Below, in pieces: positions 25,415-39,329 of a stretch of DNA of 64,000 nt. How positions within the stretch are numbered: position 1 is the stretch's first letter; the number at the start of each line of letters is the position of its first letter. Origin of the DNA: the human T2T-CHM13v2.0 reference genome, Homo sapiens; NCBI RefSeq assembly GCF_009914755.1, contig NC_060925.1; one strand, given 5' to 3'. The notes below the pieces were generated by a model, which saw only the letters and a program-made list of their open reading frames with translations, searched no databases and had not been told where the DNA came from. Made by a program: the position numbers and the translations under genes.

Positions 25415-27100
25415 AGCAGCTCTGCACTTCTCTTGGACAGAGTGCGCAGCAGGTGAGGCAGGCTGCCATCTTTGCTATCTGGCAGCCCTTGCCGCTGTTG
25501 CCGTCAGGCTCTGGAGAGTGCCTGGTGACCTGGGACTGGAGCAGACCCCCAGCACAGTGCAGCCACCTCACAGAAAAGCAGCCAGACTGTTTTTCATGTG
25601 GGTCCTCAATCCCGCTTCTTCTCACTGGGCAGGACGTCCCAACCTGAGACTCTAACCGCCCTCCACTGGTAGCTGCTCTACATTTCCGTGGGTCAGAGCT
25701 CCCAGAGGGAGGGGCAGGCCACCATTTTTGCTACTTCACAGCCTTAGCTGCTGTTGCCTTCAGGCTCTGGAGAGTGTGCAATGATTAGAGGATGGTGCAG
25801 GGCCCCAGTACAGTGCAGCTGCTCCACAGAAAAGCAACCAGACTATTTTTTATGCAGGTCCTCAATTCTGCTTCTCACTGGCGGGACCTCCCAAGCTGGG
25901 ATCCCAGCCACCCCTTGTGGGGGCTCTTGGGTGGCAGTTCTGTACTTCCCTGGGGCAGCACTCCCAGAGGGAGGGGCAGGCCACCATATTTGCCGTCTGG
26001 CAGCCCTCAGGCCCCGGAGGTTGTGCGGTGATTAGGGACTGGCGTGGATCCCTGGCACAGTGCAGCTGCCCTGTGGAATAGTGGCTGGGCTGTTCTCCAC
26101 GTGGGTCCCCATCCCGACTTCTCCTTACTGGGTGGGGCCTCCTGACCGGAGACTCCAGCACAACAACCCTGCCCCTGCCTGAACACTTCAGTCAGAGGCA
26201 GCTCTGCAATTCTCTGAGGAGGAAATCCTAGAGACAATTCACAGCCCCTCGCCATTGCAGCTGCAGTGGTACCACCCTAACTCTCCTCATTCTGGGGAAG
26301 GAATCAAGGACCTAGTCGCTACACTGGCATCTCCAGCACACAGAAGCAACCACATGGAGAGGAGCCCAGTCTCTCTTCCCTGTGAGCCTTCACCCGCAAC
26401 TCTTCACCAGGCAGGGCCACCAGCTCAGGAGTGCAGATTAGCTGCCCCACCCACAGCTGAGCATACCCACTAGTAGTGGCTCAGAGTTTACCTAGAGAGG
26501 GGCTCCCAGAGACAACTGACAGTCCCTCTGCCACTGCCACAAAAGTGGTTCTGCTCCTGTTGCCCTTGGTCTGGGGAAGAAACAAAGAGCCCAAGGCCTT
26601 CACTCGCACTTTTAGCATGCCACAGTCACCATACAGCGAGGGGACCAGTCTGTCCTCCATATGAGCCCTGGACCCCCAGCTCTTCAACATGTAGAATCCA
26701 TAGCTCACACCAGCAGTGCAGCAGCCACACCCCTTGGCTGAACATTTCCAGTAGCAGCAGCTCCACATTTCTCTGAGGTGGAGCTCCCAGAGGCAACCAA
26801 AAGCCCTTCTGCCACTGCTGCTGCCACTGCAGTGGTATTTCCCATGCTGCTCTCAGACTGGGGAAGGAGCAAAGAACCTGAGTGCCTTGATCATACCTCC
26901 AGCAAGCTTCAGTTGTCCTAAAAAGAAGAGGCCAGTCTGTCTCCCATGGGAGCCACCTGAACCCTTCCAATCACCAGGCAGGGCCCCCACAGCTTGGGCC
27001 CACAGTGCAGCCATCCCACCTCAGGTGATGGATAGCAGCTCCACATCTCTCTGGAGTGGAGTCCCAAGAGAAAAGTGAAAGACCTTCTGCAACAACCACT
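25415..27100 (+). repeat. Diverged tandem ~255-280 bp monomers in the L1 5'UTR (six full units plus a partial seventh)
   Basis: gcagctctgcacttctc-like anchors at ~25415, 25669, 25933, 26197, 26476, 26757, 27035. Confidence 0.8.
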
Positions 27101-27326
27101 GCTAAGGAAAGCTTGAGCTCAGCTCAGAGCTGCAGTGTGCAGCTTGGGAATGTCAAGCCATGATCTGCAGCTAGCACTCCAGTGGGAGAGGAGCCCACAC
27201 TTTCAGAGCACTGAGAGGGAGCACGGATGCAATCATGAAGAAATACAGAGGAGCCACGTGGCTGAGCAAGAGCCTACCTACTGGCCATTATGCTTAAGTG
27301 CCATCTACTGAATCATAGCCCAGAAA

Positions 27327-27587
27327 TTACCCTCATGCTGTTCTCGTGATAGTGAGTGAGTTCTCATGAGATCTGATGGTTTTATAAAGGGCTTTTCCCC
27401 TTTTGCTCATTCTTCTCTCTCCTGCTGCCTTGTGAAAAACGGGTTTGCCTCCCCTTCTGCCATGATTATGAGTTTCCTGAGGCTTCCCCAGCCCTGTGAA
27501 ACTGAGTCAATTAAACCTCTTTCCTTTATAAATTACCCAGTCTCAGGTATGTCCTTATATATAACAGCATGAGAACAGACTAATACA
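27327..27587 (+). mobile_element. THE1C/D LTR, 5'-deleted
   Basis: ctcatgctgttctcgtgatagtgagtgag...gaacagactaataca. Confidence 0.9.
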
Positions 27588-30500
27588 CCAAGCAAGGGTT
27601 ATTAACTAGGCTGTAATGGTTGAAATGACAGAGATATAACTCAGAATATGGATAGGAACCGAGATCACCAAGAATAAGGAGAAAGTTGAAACCCAATCCA
27701 AGGAATCTAAGGATTACAATAAAACAGTATGGGAGCTGATAGACAAAATAGCCATTATAAGAAAGAAGCAAACTGACCTGATGTAGCTGGAAAACACACT
27801 AACTGACCTGATGTAGCTGGAAAACACACTGCAAGAAATTCTTAATGCAATCACAAGTATTAACAACAGAATAGACCAAGCTGAGGAACAGAATCTTAAG
27901 AGCTTGAAGACTGGATCCCTGAAATAACTCAGTCAGAAAAAATCAAGAAAAAAGAGTAAAAAAGAACATACAACCTCCAAGAAATATGGGACTATATAAA
28001 GAGACCAAATCTACAACTCATTGGCATCCCTGAAAGAGAAAGCAAGTAACTTGGAAAACATATTTCAGGATATCATCCATGAAAACTTCCCCAACCTCAT
28101 TAGAGAGGCCAATGTTCAAATTTGAAAAATGCAGAGAACCCCTACAAGAGATATTACACAAGAAGTCTGTCCCCAAGACACATAAACATCAAATTCCCAA
28201 TCTTGAAATGAAAGAAAAAATGTTGAAAGAAGCTAGAGAGAAAGGGGAGATCACCTACAAAGGGAACCCCATCAGGCTAACGGCAGACCTTTCAGTAAAA
28301 ACCCTACAAGCTAGAAGAGATTTGGGGCCTATATTCAGCATTTCCAACCAAGAATTTTGTATCTAGTCAAACTCAGATTCATAAGTGAAGAAGTAAGTTC
28401 CTTTTCAGACAAGCAAATGCTGAGGGAATTTGTTACCACCAGACATGCCTTATAAGAGGTCCTGAAAGGAATGCTAAATGTGGAAAGGAAAGACTGTTAC
28501 ATAAGTGTACTTAGAAAAACACTCATGTACATAGACTCTTGATGCTATAAAGTAACCAAACAATTCTGCATAATAACCAGTTAAAAACACAATGACAGGA
28601 TCAAATCTGCACATATTAATAACCTTGAATGTAAACAGGCTAAATGCCCCAATTAAAAGGCACAGAGTGGCATGCTAGGTAAAGAATCATGACCCAATGG
28701 TATGCTGTCTTCAAGAGCCCCATCTAATATGCAATGACATCCACGGAGAAAAACTTACCAAGCAAATGGAAATCAGAAAACAGCAAGGGTTGCAATCCTA
28801 ATTTCAGACAAAACAGACTTTAAACCAACAAAGATTTAAAAAAAAGACAAAGAAGGGCATTACATAATGGTAAAGGGTTCAGTTAAACAAGAAGACCTAA
28901 CTTCTCTTTTTAACATGGCAATCCCAATGTCTAGAATCCATAAAGGCACAACATGAAAAGAAACAGGAATATGTGACCAATTGTCTAGAAAAGATAACCA
29001 ACATTGATCAACCTCAAAATGATTTAGGTATGGAATTAGCATATAGGGATTTTAAAGCAGTTACCATATCTCTTTTAAAGCTGTAAATACAAAGATAGTT
29101 GCAATGAATGAAGAGATAGGAAACCTCAGCAGAGAAATATATGCAACACCAAATAAAGAAAGCTATAGAACTTAAAATATCTGACTTATAAATGTCTGAC
29201 ATGTAATATGCAGTGTATGCATTTAGCAGAAGAAAAGAGAAGACAGAAGAAATATCCAGTAAACTTGAAGATAGATCAATAGGAATTATTCACTCTAAGA
29301 ACTAGAAAACATAAAGATCAAAAAATAAAGAAAGAAAGCTTTATTGGCCTATGGGATAATATTAAATGATCTATTTGTATGTGTAATTGGAGTGTCAGAC
29401 AAAAAAAGAGAGAAGAGAGCAGAATTGATTTTGAAGAAATAATGGCTAATTTTTTTCAAAACGGTAAAAGACATAAATTTAAATATTTAAGAAACTCAGC
29501 AATCTACAAACAGGAAAAATATGAAGAAAATCATACCTAGGTATAATAGAAAAAAATATACAAAACCAAAAGAAAAAATGTTTCAAAGCAAGCAAAAAAA
29601 AAATTAAACATTATACACATCAGATTAAAATGAATTATTTTACTGTTTACTTATTAGAAACCTTGGATCATGGAAGATAGCAGAGAAAGTATTAAGCTGG
29701 TGAAAGCAAAAGCAAAAAATCAAACAAAAATGTCGACCAAGAGTTCTATATCCAGCACTAATATTCTTCCAGAATGTGGAGGAAAATGCATTTTCAGGTG
29801 AAAAAAACCTTTAAGACAATCTGCTGCCAGCAGACATAAATTAAAAGAATTGCCAAGGAAACTCTGAGGCTGAAGAGAAATAATATCCTTCTTTCTCATA
29901 TCCTCAGAAGGAATTAAGAGCATTGAAAATGGCAAAAACATCTTAAATTACTATTTCAATTTCCTCTTTTAAAAAAAACTTTGCATGAATATTTAAAGCA
30001 AAAATCATAACCTTGTCTCATATGGTTTATAATGTACATATAAGCAAAGCATAAATCCATGACAGGAAAAATATGGGGGGTGGAGAACAACATAAAGTCC
30101 TATAAATATGGTCCAGTATATGCAACTTAACAGTTGCAAATTATCTGAATTTATGTGAAATGGCACAAGATTAACTCTACTGTGAAAAAGTAAAGACCTG
30201 TAGTTTAATCTATACTGCAACCACTAAAAAATTCAAAGAAGTATATCTAAAATGCCAATAGAAAAAATGGCATTTTTAAATGCCATTTTAAAATCCAAAA
30301 GAGGACAAAAACATAGGGCCAGAGAATCAAAACACATACAGGACAAACAAAAAACACATCATAAAATAGGGGAAGTAAACCCAATCCTATCAACAATTAT
30401 ATTAAATATAAATGACTAAACTCTCCAATTAAAAGTCAGAGATTATCAAAACATATAAAAATCGAGACTCACCTGTTTGCTATCTTCAAGAAGCTCAATT

Positions 30501-33069
30501 TAAATGAGTTGATACATTCAAATACATATTAAATTTAAAGATACATTTAATAGACTGAATGTATTAGATTGAAAGCAAGTGATGGAAAAGATATGCCAAA
30601 GGAACAGTAAGCGTAACAAGGCCAGAGTGGCTACACTAATATAAGATAAAATAAACCAGCAAGAAGAATGAAAGTGTAGTTATCACAACAGGTCCTAGAG
30701 ACATTGGATAATGAGACAATCTTTGAAAACATTTACCCAATAAGTTTGACAACTTAGATGAAATAAAGAAATCCTGGGGAAGCAGAGAGCAGAGAGAGGT
30801 AGCTTACCAAAATCAACATATGAAGAAATTGAAAGTCTAAATATCCCTATGTCTAATAAATAAACCAATTATTAAAGCCTTTCTACAAAGAAAACTGCAT
30901 GTCTTTAGGGTTTCATTTGTGAATTATGTGCAATATATAAGGAGAAAAAGTACAAAGCTTATACAAAGGTTTACAGACATTAGAGGAAGACAGAACACTT
31001 AGTAATTCATTTTATGAGGCCAGTATAATCCTAATACTAATAGCTGACAAAAATTGTAAAAAAATTACCAATCAATATCCCTCATAGACATACATGCAAA
31101 CATCTGAAACAAAATATTGAATAAAATTTCAGATTTATTCAAAATAGCTAAATTTTGAAAGCAACCATATGTATGTAAATAGAAGAATAAATCAACTGTA
31201 GTATATTTATACAATGGAATGTTACTCAGCAATACAAAGAACAAACTATTGAAACACACAACATGGCTGAATATCAAAAACTGTGCTAAGAGAAGTCTTA
31301 CATAAAATAGTACACACTGTGTGGTTTCATTTATTTGGAGTTCTAAGACAAACAAAACTAATTTGTGGTAGAAAAACGTAAGACAACTTTTGACTTTGAG
31401 AGCATAAAGGAAGGAATTGACTAAAAATTCTATTAAAGATTTTCTGATGGTAATAGTTTATATCTTTGTAAGAACTTGAGTTACACAGAATCTGTCAAAA
31501 TTCACCAAACATACACTTAATATTTGTGCATTTTATTCTGTACAAATTTTACATTAAAATGTGCAAAAAGGATTGAACTCTAATGCAATGGATGCTGAAA
31601 TATTTAAGGAGAAATATGTTGACATATTTCTAAAAAGTAAAATGAATTAATGAATAGCCAGATTGATGGATATATGAGTATATATTATGATAAAACAAGT
31701 CCAATATAATGTTAATTTCAAGCACACAACAAAGTTTACTCTGTCTATTATAAAAAATCTCTATCATACTTTATATTTGACATTTTTAATGATAAAATGA
31801 TCAAAAATTGGTTTGGAGTTCTATACTTCACACTATGGAAAATTTATCCTTTAGGGATTTGAAGGACCAGCAATCTATGGAATCTTAATATAATTATGAA
31901 ACTGTCTGGAAAAGACACCATATTCAATGTAATACCGCTATGAAATGAGAAACCAGTAATACTGCTGTGAAATGAGAAACCAGGTTCTGGAAGGAATTTT
32001 TCAAATCTTTCTTCTAATGGGTTAGGACTAAGAATCTTAGTTCTAAGCCTTCTCCATTTTTCTCACTTAACTCTTGCATCAAGCAGATTATTTGAGCCAC
32101 AGATTCAGGATGTTCCTACTTCTATGCCAGCACCACAGATTTCCTCTGAGCAAATGTTCATTTTTAAAGGTACACATACAAGCAAAATTCTCTGCCTAAA
32201 GTTTCCACCAGTTTTCATATTCCATATGCTTCAAAGTCCCACAGTAAATTTGATAAGCTACTAGTAGCTTTTCTTGTTCTTTAGATTGGACTCCATTACA
32301 AAAATTGGTTGGATGAACAAATAAACCAACAAACAAAGGAAATGAACAAAGGAATGAATAAATATCATTTAGCCAAGGCTAACAATTTAGCCCTTTAAGT
32401 TGTATTCCAGTTTCAATGAGCATTTGGGTAGCTTGCCAGTATCTTTGTCTATTGTGTAGAATGGAGTCTAATCCTTATATCCTGGCTATCCTTAAACCCA
32501 TGGACTAAACAGAAATCTTTTTGTTCAAAGACAAGTAAACAGAAAATGTCAACATATAACTTGTGAAAAAGAAATCAGCAGTACAGAAGTGTAAATTCTT
32601 CCCATGATTAGATTTAGATGATCACAGAAAAGGGAAATTGCTTTAAAAGATGTTTGCTTTGTATTCTCACTATAAGCATATACATATATTACTCACAGTA
32701 TTTTCATCTTTGTATTCTCTAGCACCTGGAACAAAATAAATGTAAATATTTTTGAGTGAGCAAACGAATTTCTATTATTTAAAAAGATGACTTTAAAAAT
32801 GATAGAAGAATGAAGATAAATCGCTGTTGGAATCTGGAAGTTGCTAATTGATACTGCAGAAAATAAGTATTTCAAAGGACATTCTTGGAAAATACTTGTA
32901 AAATGAAGAAAAAGAAAACATAAATGTAAAGTTAGGGAGAGAATATAATGGATTAGAGTTTCTAAAGTTTATAAAAGATTTTAGAATTAAAATGGAAAGA
33001 AGTGTAAGAAGCAGAGTAATGAAAGGAGACACAAATAACATGGTAAGTTACTTAAATTTGAAAGGTGAA

Positions 33070-33312
33070 TCCTTAGCACTTACTACCATGTAAAATATTA
33101 TAAATGTTTACCTATATTATATAATGTCTTTTTTATCTACTAGAATTTAAGCTCCAGGAAAACTGGAATTTTTGTCTCTTGGTTTGCTATTATTTGCCCA
33201 CTACCTAAAATACTGTCTGATATACATAAATACACAATAAATGACTATTGCAATAGGCATTATGCAAGAGGCATTATGCAATATACAGTAAATGCTTATT
33301 GAAGAAATGAAC
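33070..33312 (+). mobile_element. L2a 3' end (another short L2 tail at ~32690-32770)
   Basis: ctactagaatttaagctccagga...atacacaataaatgactattg. Confidence 0.7.
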
Positions 33313-34334
33313 TAGTTTTTAACTATTTTGTTTAAAAGAACATCTGAGCAAGTTAGCTTTGGCTAAGTGATCCAGGAGTGGTTGTGGTGGTATATGGCTA
33401 GGTAGGAAGTCAAGTATATTTTCAGCAAAACAATTAAAATCACATTGTCCCCAGATTTCTTTTCTGCAACAAATGCTTTTTTTTTTTTTAAGAAAAAAAG
33501 CAATTTAGCTCAAAAAACTGTTTATGACTCCAAAATTGCATTATTAAATAAGCTACCTTTTGTGCATAAAGAAAACAGGAACAAACCTCAAGTTTTCACA
33601 AAATTTAAGAAATTACAGTTCATAAATTTACTTAAAAGAGTGCTTTGGATAACTTACAAATTTTATCAAAATGGAAACTCAGGAAAGAAAAATAAGGCAG
33701 CTTAATAACCGGTAATTTAAAGGTCAACCGAAGTCATAGAATTACATGAATAAGAGGACAACCACTATGGAGGAAAAAAGTGAATGCAGCTTAGACTAAA
33801 TGAGGTATTGAAGTCTACTAAATGGAATATTAAATGTAAACATGACAAAGAATAAAGAATATACATGCTTATATGCATATACAATACATATATAATGTAT
33901 TATATATAGTATGTGTTTATAGATATAAATATGGATAAATGATAAGCAGTAGACAGATGCTAGATAGTTGCTCTGTGTGCACATATGTGCACATGTGCAG
34001 GTATGTGTTATGTTTTACTTTCAGAATAATCAGTCAAAACGTCAGTGAGTGAAGAAGAAGTGAGGATGTGGAGGGAAGAGAATGACAGTGTTTTCTGAAT
34101 AATGTTAGCTGCTCTCTTGCTTCCAGTGTGAAAGGTGGCAGGAAATCTGGAAACACTCTGTCAGGCCCCACTTCCTCTGTCCTATTCCACTAATGCCTTT
34201 TGTGAATCTATAAAAACAAGGGCCTTCTTCAATGCCACTAAAGCCTCAGGGTCACATAAGGTATTTCTTCTTTTTGCTCAGACTCCTCAAAATGTGGCTT
34301 AGTTGGATCTTAGTTATTAATTTACCTTATAATT

Positions 34335-34850
34335 TAGCTTTAGTTTCCTTGGTAAACAAAGCCCAAAATAAGGACATGTGTTCCTACTCCTCAGGAAGTA
34401 GGAATGAGGAATGGGGAAGAAAAGAAGAGAGAAAAGATAATAGAAGGGTGTGTTTTTAAGGACCGCATGGAGGACACATGTGGCTCAATCCCACCCAGAA
34501 CTGTCTAAGGAGCATAGAAAATAACTCACAATGGTGTTACAGAGGGTAAATGAGAAGCATTATTTCTATTTCAGCTTCTGTCTAGCATGGATTGGGAGAT
34601 GCTCCTAAGGGCATTAACTCCTTGAAATCTCCTGTTTTCACAGGCTGGTTGCTCCTTCTAGTTTCTGTAAAATGAGAGAAGCCAGGCAGAAAGTGAAAGA
34701 CATGCAGACATTAGGTCATCGTTTGAGCAGGGCACTATCAGCACAAAATGAGTGGAAGGCTCAAGGAACGGTCTGCTGCTATCATGGCTGAAATTAGAGG
34801 TGAGGCAAAGAGGTTGCTACTCAGGACATCAAGAGGAGTCTGATATTCCT
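34335..34850 (-). mobile_element. ERVL LTR33-like solo LTR
   Basis: ggctcaatcccacccagaactg...gctcctaagggcattaactcc...caggcagaaagtgaaagacatgcagac. Confidence 0.6.
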
Positions 34851-35779
34851 TTCACAGATCTTCCAAGACTATATGCTTTACAGCCCATGGTTAATTCCTT
34901 TTGATCCCCCTGCCTAGCCCAATTAACCAGAATCTCCTTTGAAAATTGTGATCCATGTTTCTGCTTATTTGAAGCGGGGATTTGGACAAAGAAAAAAATT
35001 GTTAATGACAGTAATTAAGAATATTATAAATACATGCATGTGTGTGTGTGTATTATCCGCATCTTTTATACTCTAGAAGCACAGGTTACTAGTTCTTTTT
35101 AAAATATATAAGAATTCATATATTTAAGCCTAATATTTGAGCCAAAGCTGAAACATCTTATTTTCAAAATAAAACTATGGGGGAAAATCTTACAATGCAA
35201 TAAAACTAGAAATTCTATATGTAGTTTAAATTCTCAATGTTCATTTTATACTATAACTCCAACATTCTTGAGTTCATTGTTGATTAGCATATATACTATA
35301 CCAGCCATTTGACTCTTTGCCCTCAGCTCCTATTCCCACCCTTCTGTGCTTTTCTGTGTATTAAAGACTAGAAGTCTACAAGCTGTTTCTTGACCTTCTT
35401 TACCAGCTATCTTCCTGATGAGTTCTACTAATAGAAGATACTAGTGAGAGAGAAAAAGACATCAGGAACAGTAAAGTTTTCTCCTTCTGGATCCGACAGT
35501 ATGGCAGCCATTGTCAATTACTGTTAGTAGCTGTACTAGCAGCAGGGGTATGTTGATAGCGGACTCTAGCAGCGAGGGCACAGATAGCATCTTTTTCTTG
35601 GTTTCGCTCTGGTCCAGGCAATACACCTTTGGCAGATACAGAACCAACTGAAACACCATCTCCAACAGGTAGCAGAAGGGGCAGACTCATTGACTCCAGC
35701 TTGGGTGTCTTACCAGCTTCTGATCTCTTGGTATAATCCCTTTTGTATCTTTGTTCTTCCAACCCTCCTTTCTGCTATC

Positions 35780-36598
<819 letters not shown>

Positions 36599-36889
36599 CC
36601 ATCCCAGCCCTTCAGACACACATAAAAATTATTTGTATAAAGTTATCTCTGTTGAAAATACCTATAGTGACTTTTTGTTTTCCCAAATGAACCCTAATAC
36701 ATATATCTTTGACTAATTCTCACTTTATTGTTGTTTTTGCCCCAGAATTCTGTACATAATACTTCAGAATATTTTATCATTTTGTTTCATGAGAGCAAAA
36801 AGCTGAAATTAGTATGACTTTTATTATATTGCATGTATTCCGTTCGTTTGGTTTTTTTTTTTTTTTTTTTTTTTTTGCAGTGCTGAAGT

Positions 36890-37082
36890 CTGAGACATTT
36901 CCTTTTCAATCTCCTTACTTTCAGCCTCTCTTTTCACAAGTGTCAGACCTGCATCTCAATCTGAGGGCTCACGCTGCCTTCTGCAGTTCCCTCTTCACAG
37001 GCACACAGGCAAGGTCCTCAATAATTCTTTCACACTTATAATTCTGTTTTGGCATCTGCTTATAGAACGACCTGAACCAGCA
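36890..37082 (+). mobile_element. ERVL-type LTR 3' fragment (subfamily uncertain)
   Basis: ttcacaagtgtcagacctgcatc...ttggcatctgcttatagaacgacctgaacc. Confidence 0.5.
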
Positions 37083-37182
37083 AAGTAGGGAATGCAATTT
37101 GGATAGATTAGTCTAGTTTCTGAATGGAAACTGAATTTAACAGAAACATATCTGGAGGGAGAGAGATCAGTTATGACTTTCC

Positions 37183-37495
<313 letters not shown>

Positions 37496-37734
37496 TAAAT
37501 AGCTGTCTATCAAATTTAGAAACTGTTAAGAAGGATCTTGTTTTTATAGATTCATAAGCAAGTTTGTTTTTAAAAAAATAAGGATATGAACAAATCTAGT
37601 ATACGCTCAGAATAAAGCAATTCAGATAATGAAGAGATGAAGGCACATTAGAAGTAAGTGAAGGGAATGAAGAAGAAAACACTTAGAAAAACGTGAGTAA
37701 TTAAAAGACTAATATACAAAATGGAGACCTGGCT

Positions 37735-38005
37735 TTATGAGATAGAACTAGGATCAATAAATATAAGCTGCAGGAAGATAAATTTCAAGGTACTGAAAGG
37801 TAATACTAAAATATATTTTAATAGTTAAAATATATTAATAATTAAATAATACATTTTACAATATATTTGCAGAGCAAATAGCCCCTTTGTGGGGTGTTTA
37901 AACAAGGACTTAACCACCTGGTAGGGATGTGGCACAAGCACTGGGTAAATGGCTGGAATCTAATACTTTTAAGATCGGTCTAATGCTGAGGTAGATGAAT
38001 CTATA
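37735..38005 (+). mobile_element. L3/CR1 3' end
   Basis: agaactaggatcaat...gtgtttaaacaaggacttaaccacctggtagggatg...ctgaggtagatgaatctat. Confidence 0.6.
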
Positions 38006-38714
38006 ACAACTTTAGTAAAACAGAAGAATGCATTCAAACATCCCTCGCTTTTGTAATTTCTTATTTTCTAAGATTATTTTTATATGCATAATGATGTCAA
38101 GAGGGCATTCCTGCAAGAAAGCACTCTTTATGAATATGCCTGTTTACTGTGTCTCAGTGAGGGCATACATTTAGATCTCAGTGGAGAAGAACATATGGAG
38201 CCCAAAGAAAGGAAGAAAATATATTGGTTTAGAAATAACTAATTAAAGCTAGCGACTGGACCAGAAATATCTTCTACCTTTACATTAAGACATTTCAAAT
38301 TAGTTACTAATTAATATAAAGTAGAAAATTTAAAAATTGTCTTATTTCTCTAGGAGTTGCTTTTGGTATTGTTGATGTAAAAATGATGCCTAGACAAAAA
38401 TGGCACAGAACATATTGCATATCCTAGCTAAATTTTATTAATGCATCTTTAAAATGCAATTCACATGTCCTTATTTTCTCATAAATTTCTCAAACTCACA
38501 AGAAGCTAAAAGTAAACAGCTATTAATCCAAACTTGGGTTCCTCAAAAGAAGACCAAAAATTAGCCTAAGTAGTTAATGAATTGATATTTATTAAAAGCC
38601 CACAGTGTGGTGAGATTGTGGACAAATGTTTGATAGGGTATCTCAGGCACTGACACTGCCTTCTGCAGTTACCCAACCTAGAAAAGTCAGTTCTGTTTAA
38701 CTCCCTCTTACCTT

Positions 38715-38975
38715 TTCACCCTAATTAATCTGACTCTACTATATCAATTCTTTTTCCTAAATACTTTCCCAAACCTCATCTGCTCTCCAGCCCCGCACTC
38801 CCAATTCAGGCTTTATTACTTCCTCGCTGGATTGTTAAAATAAAATACTTTTCTATCTGGATGTCCTGTCCCTCAACTATTACCTCACCAATCAACTGTC
38901 CACATTATTACCAGAAATGTCTAATTATTTCACTCTGCATTTGAGAGCTTTCAGTGACTTCTCAGTGCCTCCCAC
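38715..38975 (+). mobile_element. L2 fragment (another at ~40305-40475)
   Basis: caattcaggctttattacttcctcgctggattgtt...gagctttcagtgacttctc. Confidence 0.55.
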
Positions 38976-39329
38976 TGAAAGTGAACTTAGGGTCTGGACT
39001 GTATTAGTTGTCAATCTCTTCACCTCTGGCATGTTATGAATTGCAGCCTCTCAGTAAACGTTGACTAAATGATGGACAATTCCTAGACAACATTGTCCTT
39101 AAATAAACATGTGACTATGGCCATGTGGTAATTTTCCTAAGTTACTGAACTGAATTTTGTATCTGTTTGTTATCTATTTATATATATCTATATAAATATA
39201 TAATTTTTTTCTTTGTGTATGCAGCATATACATGCTTCATTAAGAATGAAAGAATGTCCAACATCATTCTTTATGTCTAATATAAAGCTATATTGGACAT
39301 AAATTGTTTTGAATAGTTTGATTTAAAGA

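Larger units (their letters stand above)
24413..28903 (+). mobile_element. L1PA13-16/L1P4-type LINE-1 5' half (5'UTR, ORF1, start of ORF2), 3' portion missing
   Basis: Starts gggcttcaagttggttgactagaagcagc; ORF1 peptide EMKEKMLKEAREKGEITYKGNPIRLTADLS (28079-28366); ORF2 ATGACAGGATCAAAT at 28592. Confidence 0.9.
23850..31810 (+). mobile_element. Ancient L1ME3-like LINE-1 (5' part 23850-24412; ORF1/ORF2 remnants and 3'UTR 28904-31810), split by a younger L1
   Basis: Old ORF1-type text after 28904; ORF2 remnants 30690-31140; 3'UTR gaactctaatgcaatggatgctgaaatatttaagg. Confidence 0.7.

Noticed and set aside
24420-27300. CpG island or host promoter
   Set aside because: GC-rich but CpG-decayed, and fully explained by an L1 5'UTR plus an LTR.
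9163-28903. Minus-strand L1PA 3' half and plus-strand L1P 5' half as one inverted element
   Set aside because: They overlap by about 0.6 kb in L1 coordinates (late ORF1 to endonuclease) and are separated by 6 kb of older intact elements, so independent insertions are more parsimonious.
27771-31982. 27-30 bp direct repeats as CRISPR-like arrays
   Set aside because: Only two adjacent copies each, no spacers, eukaryotic context.
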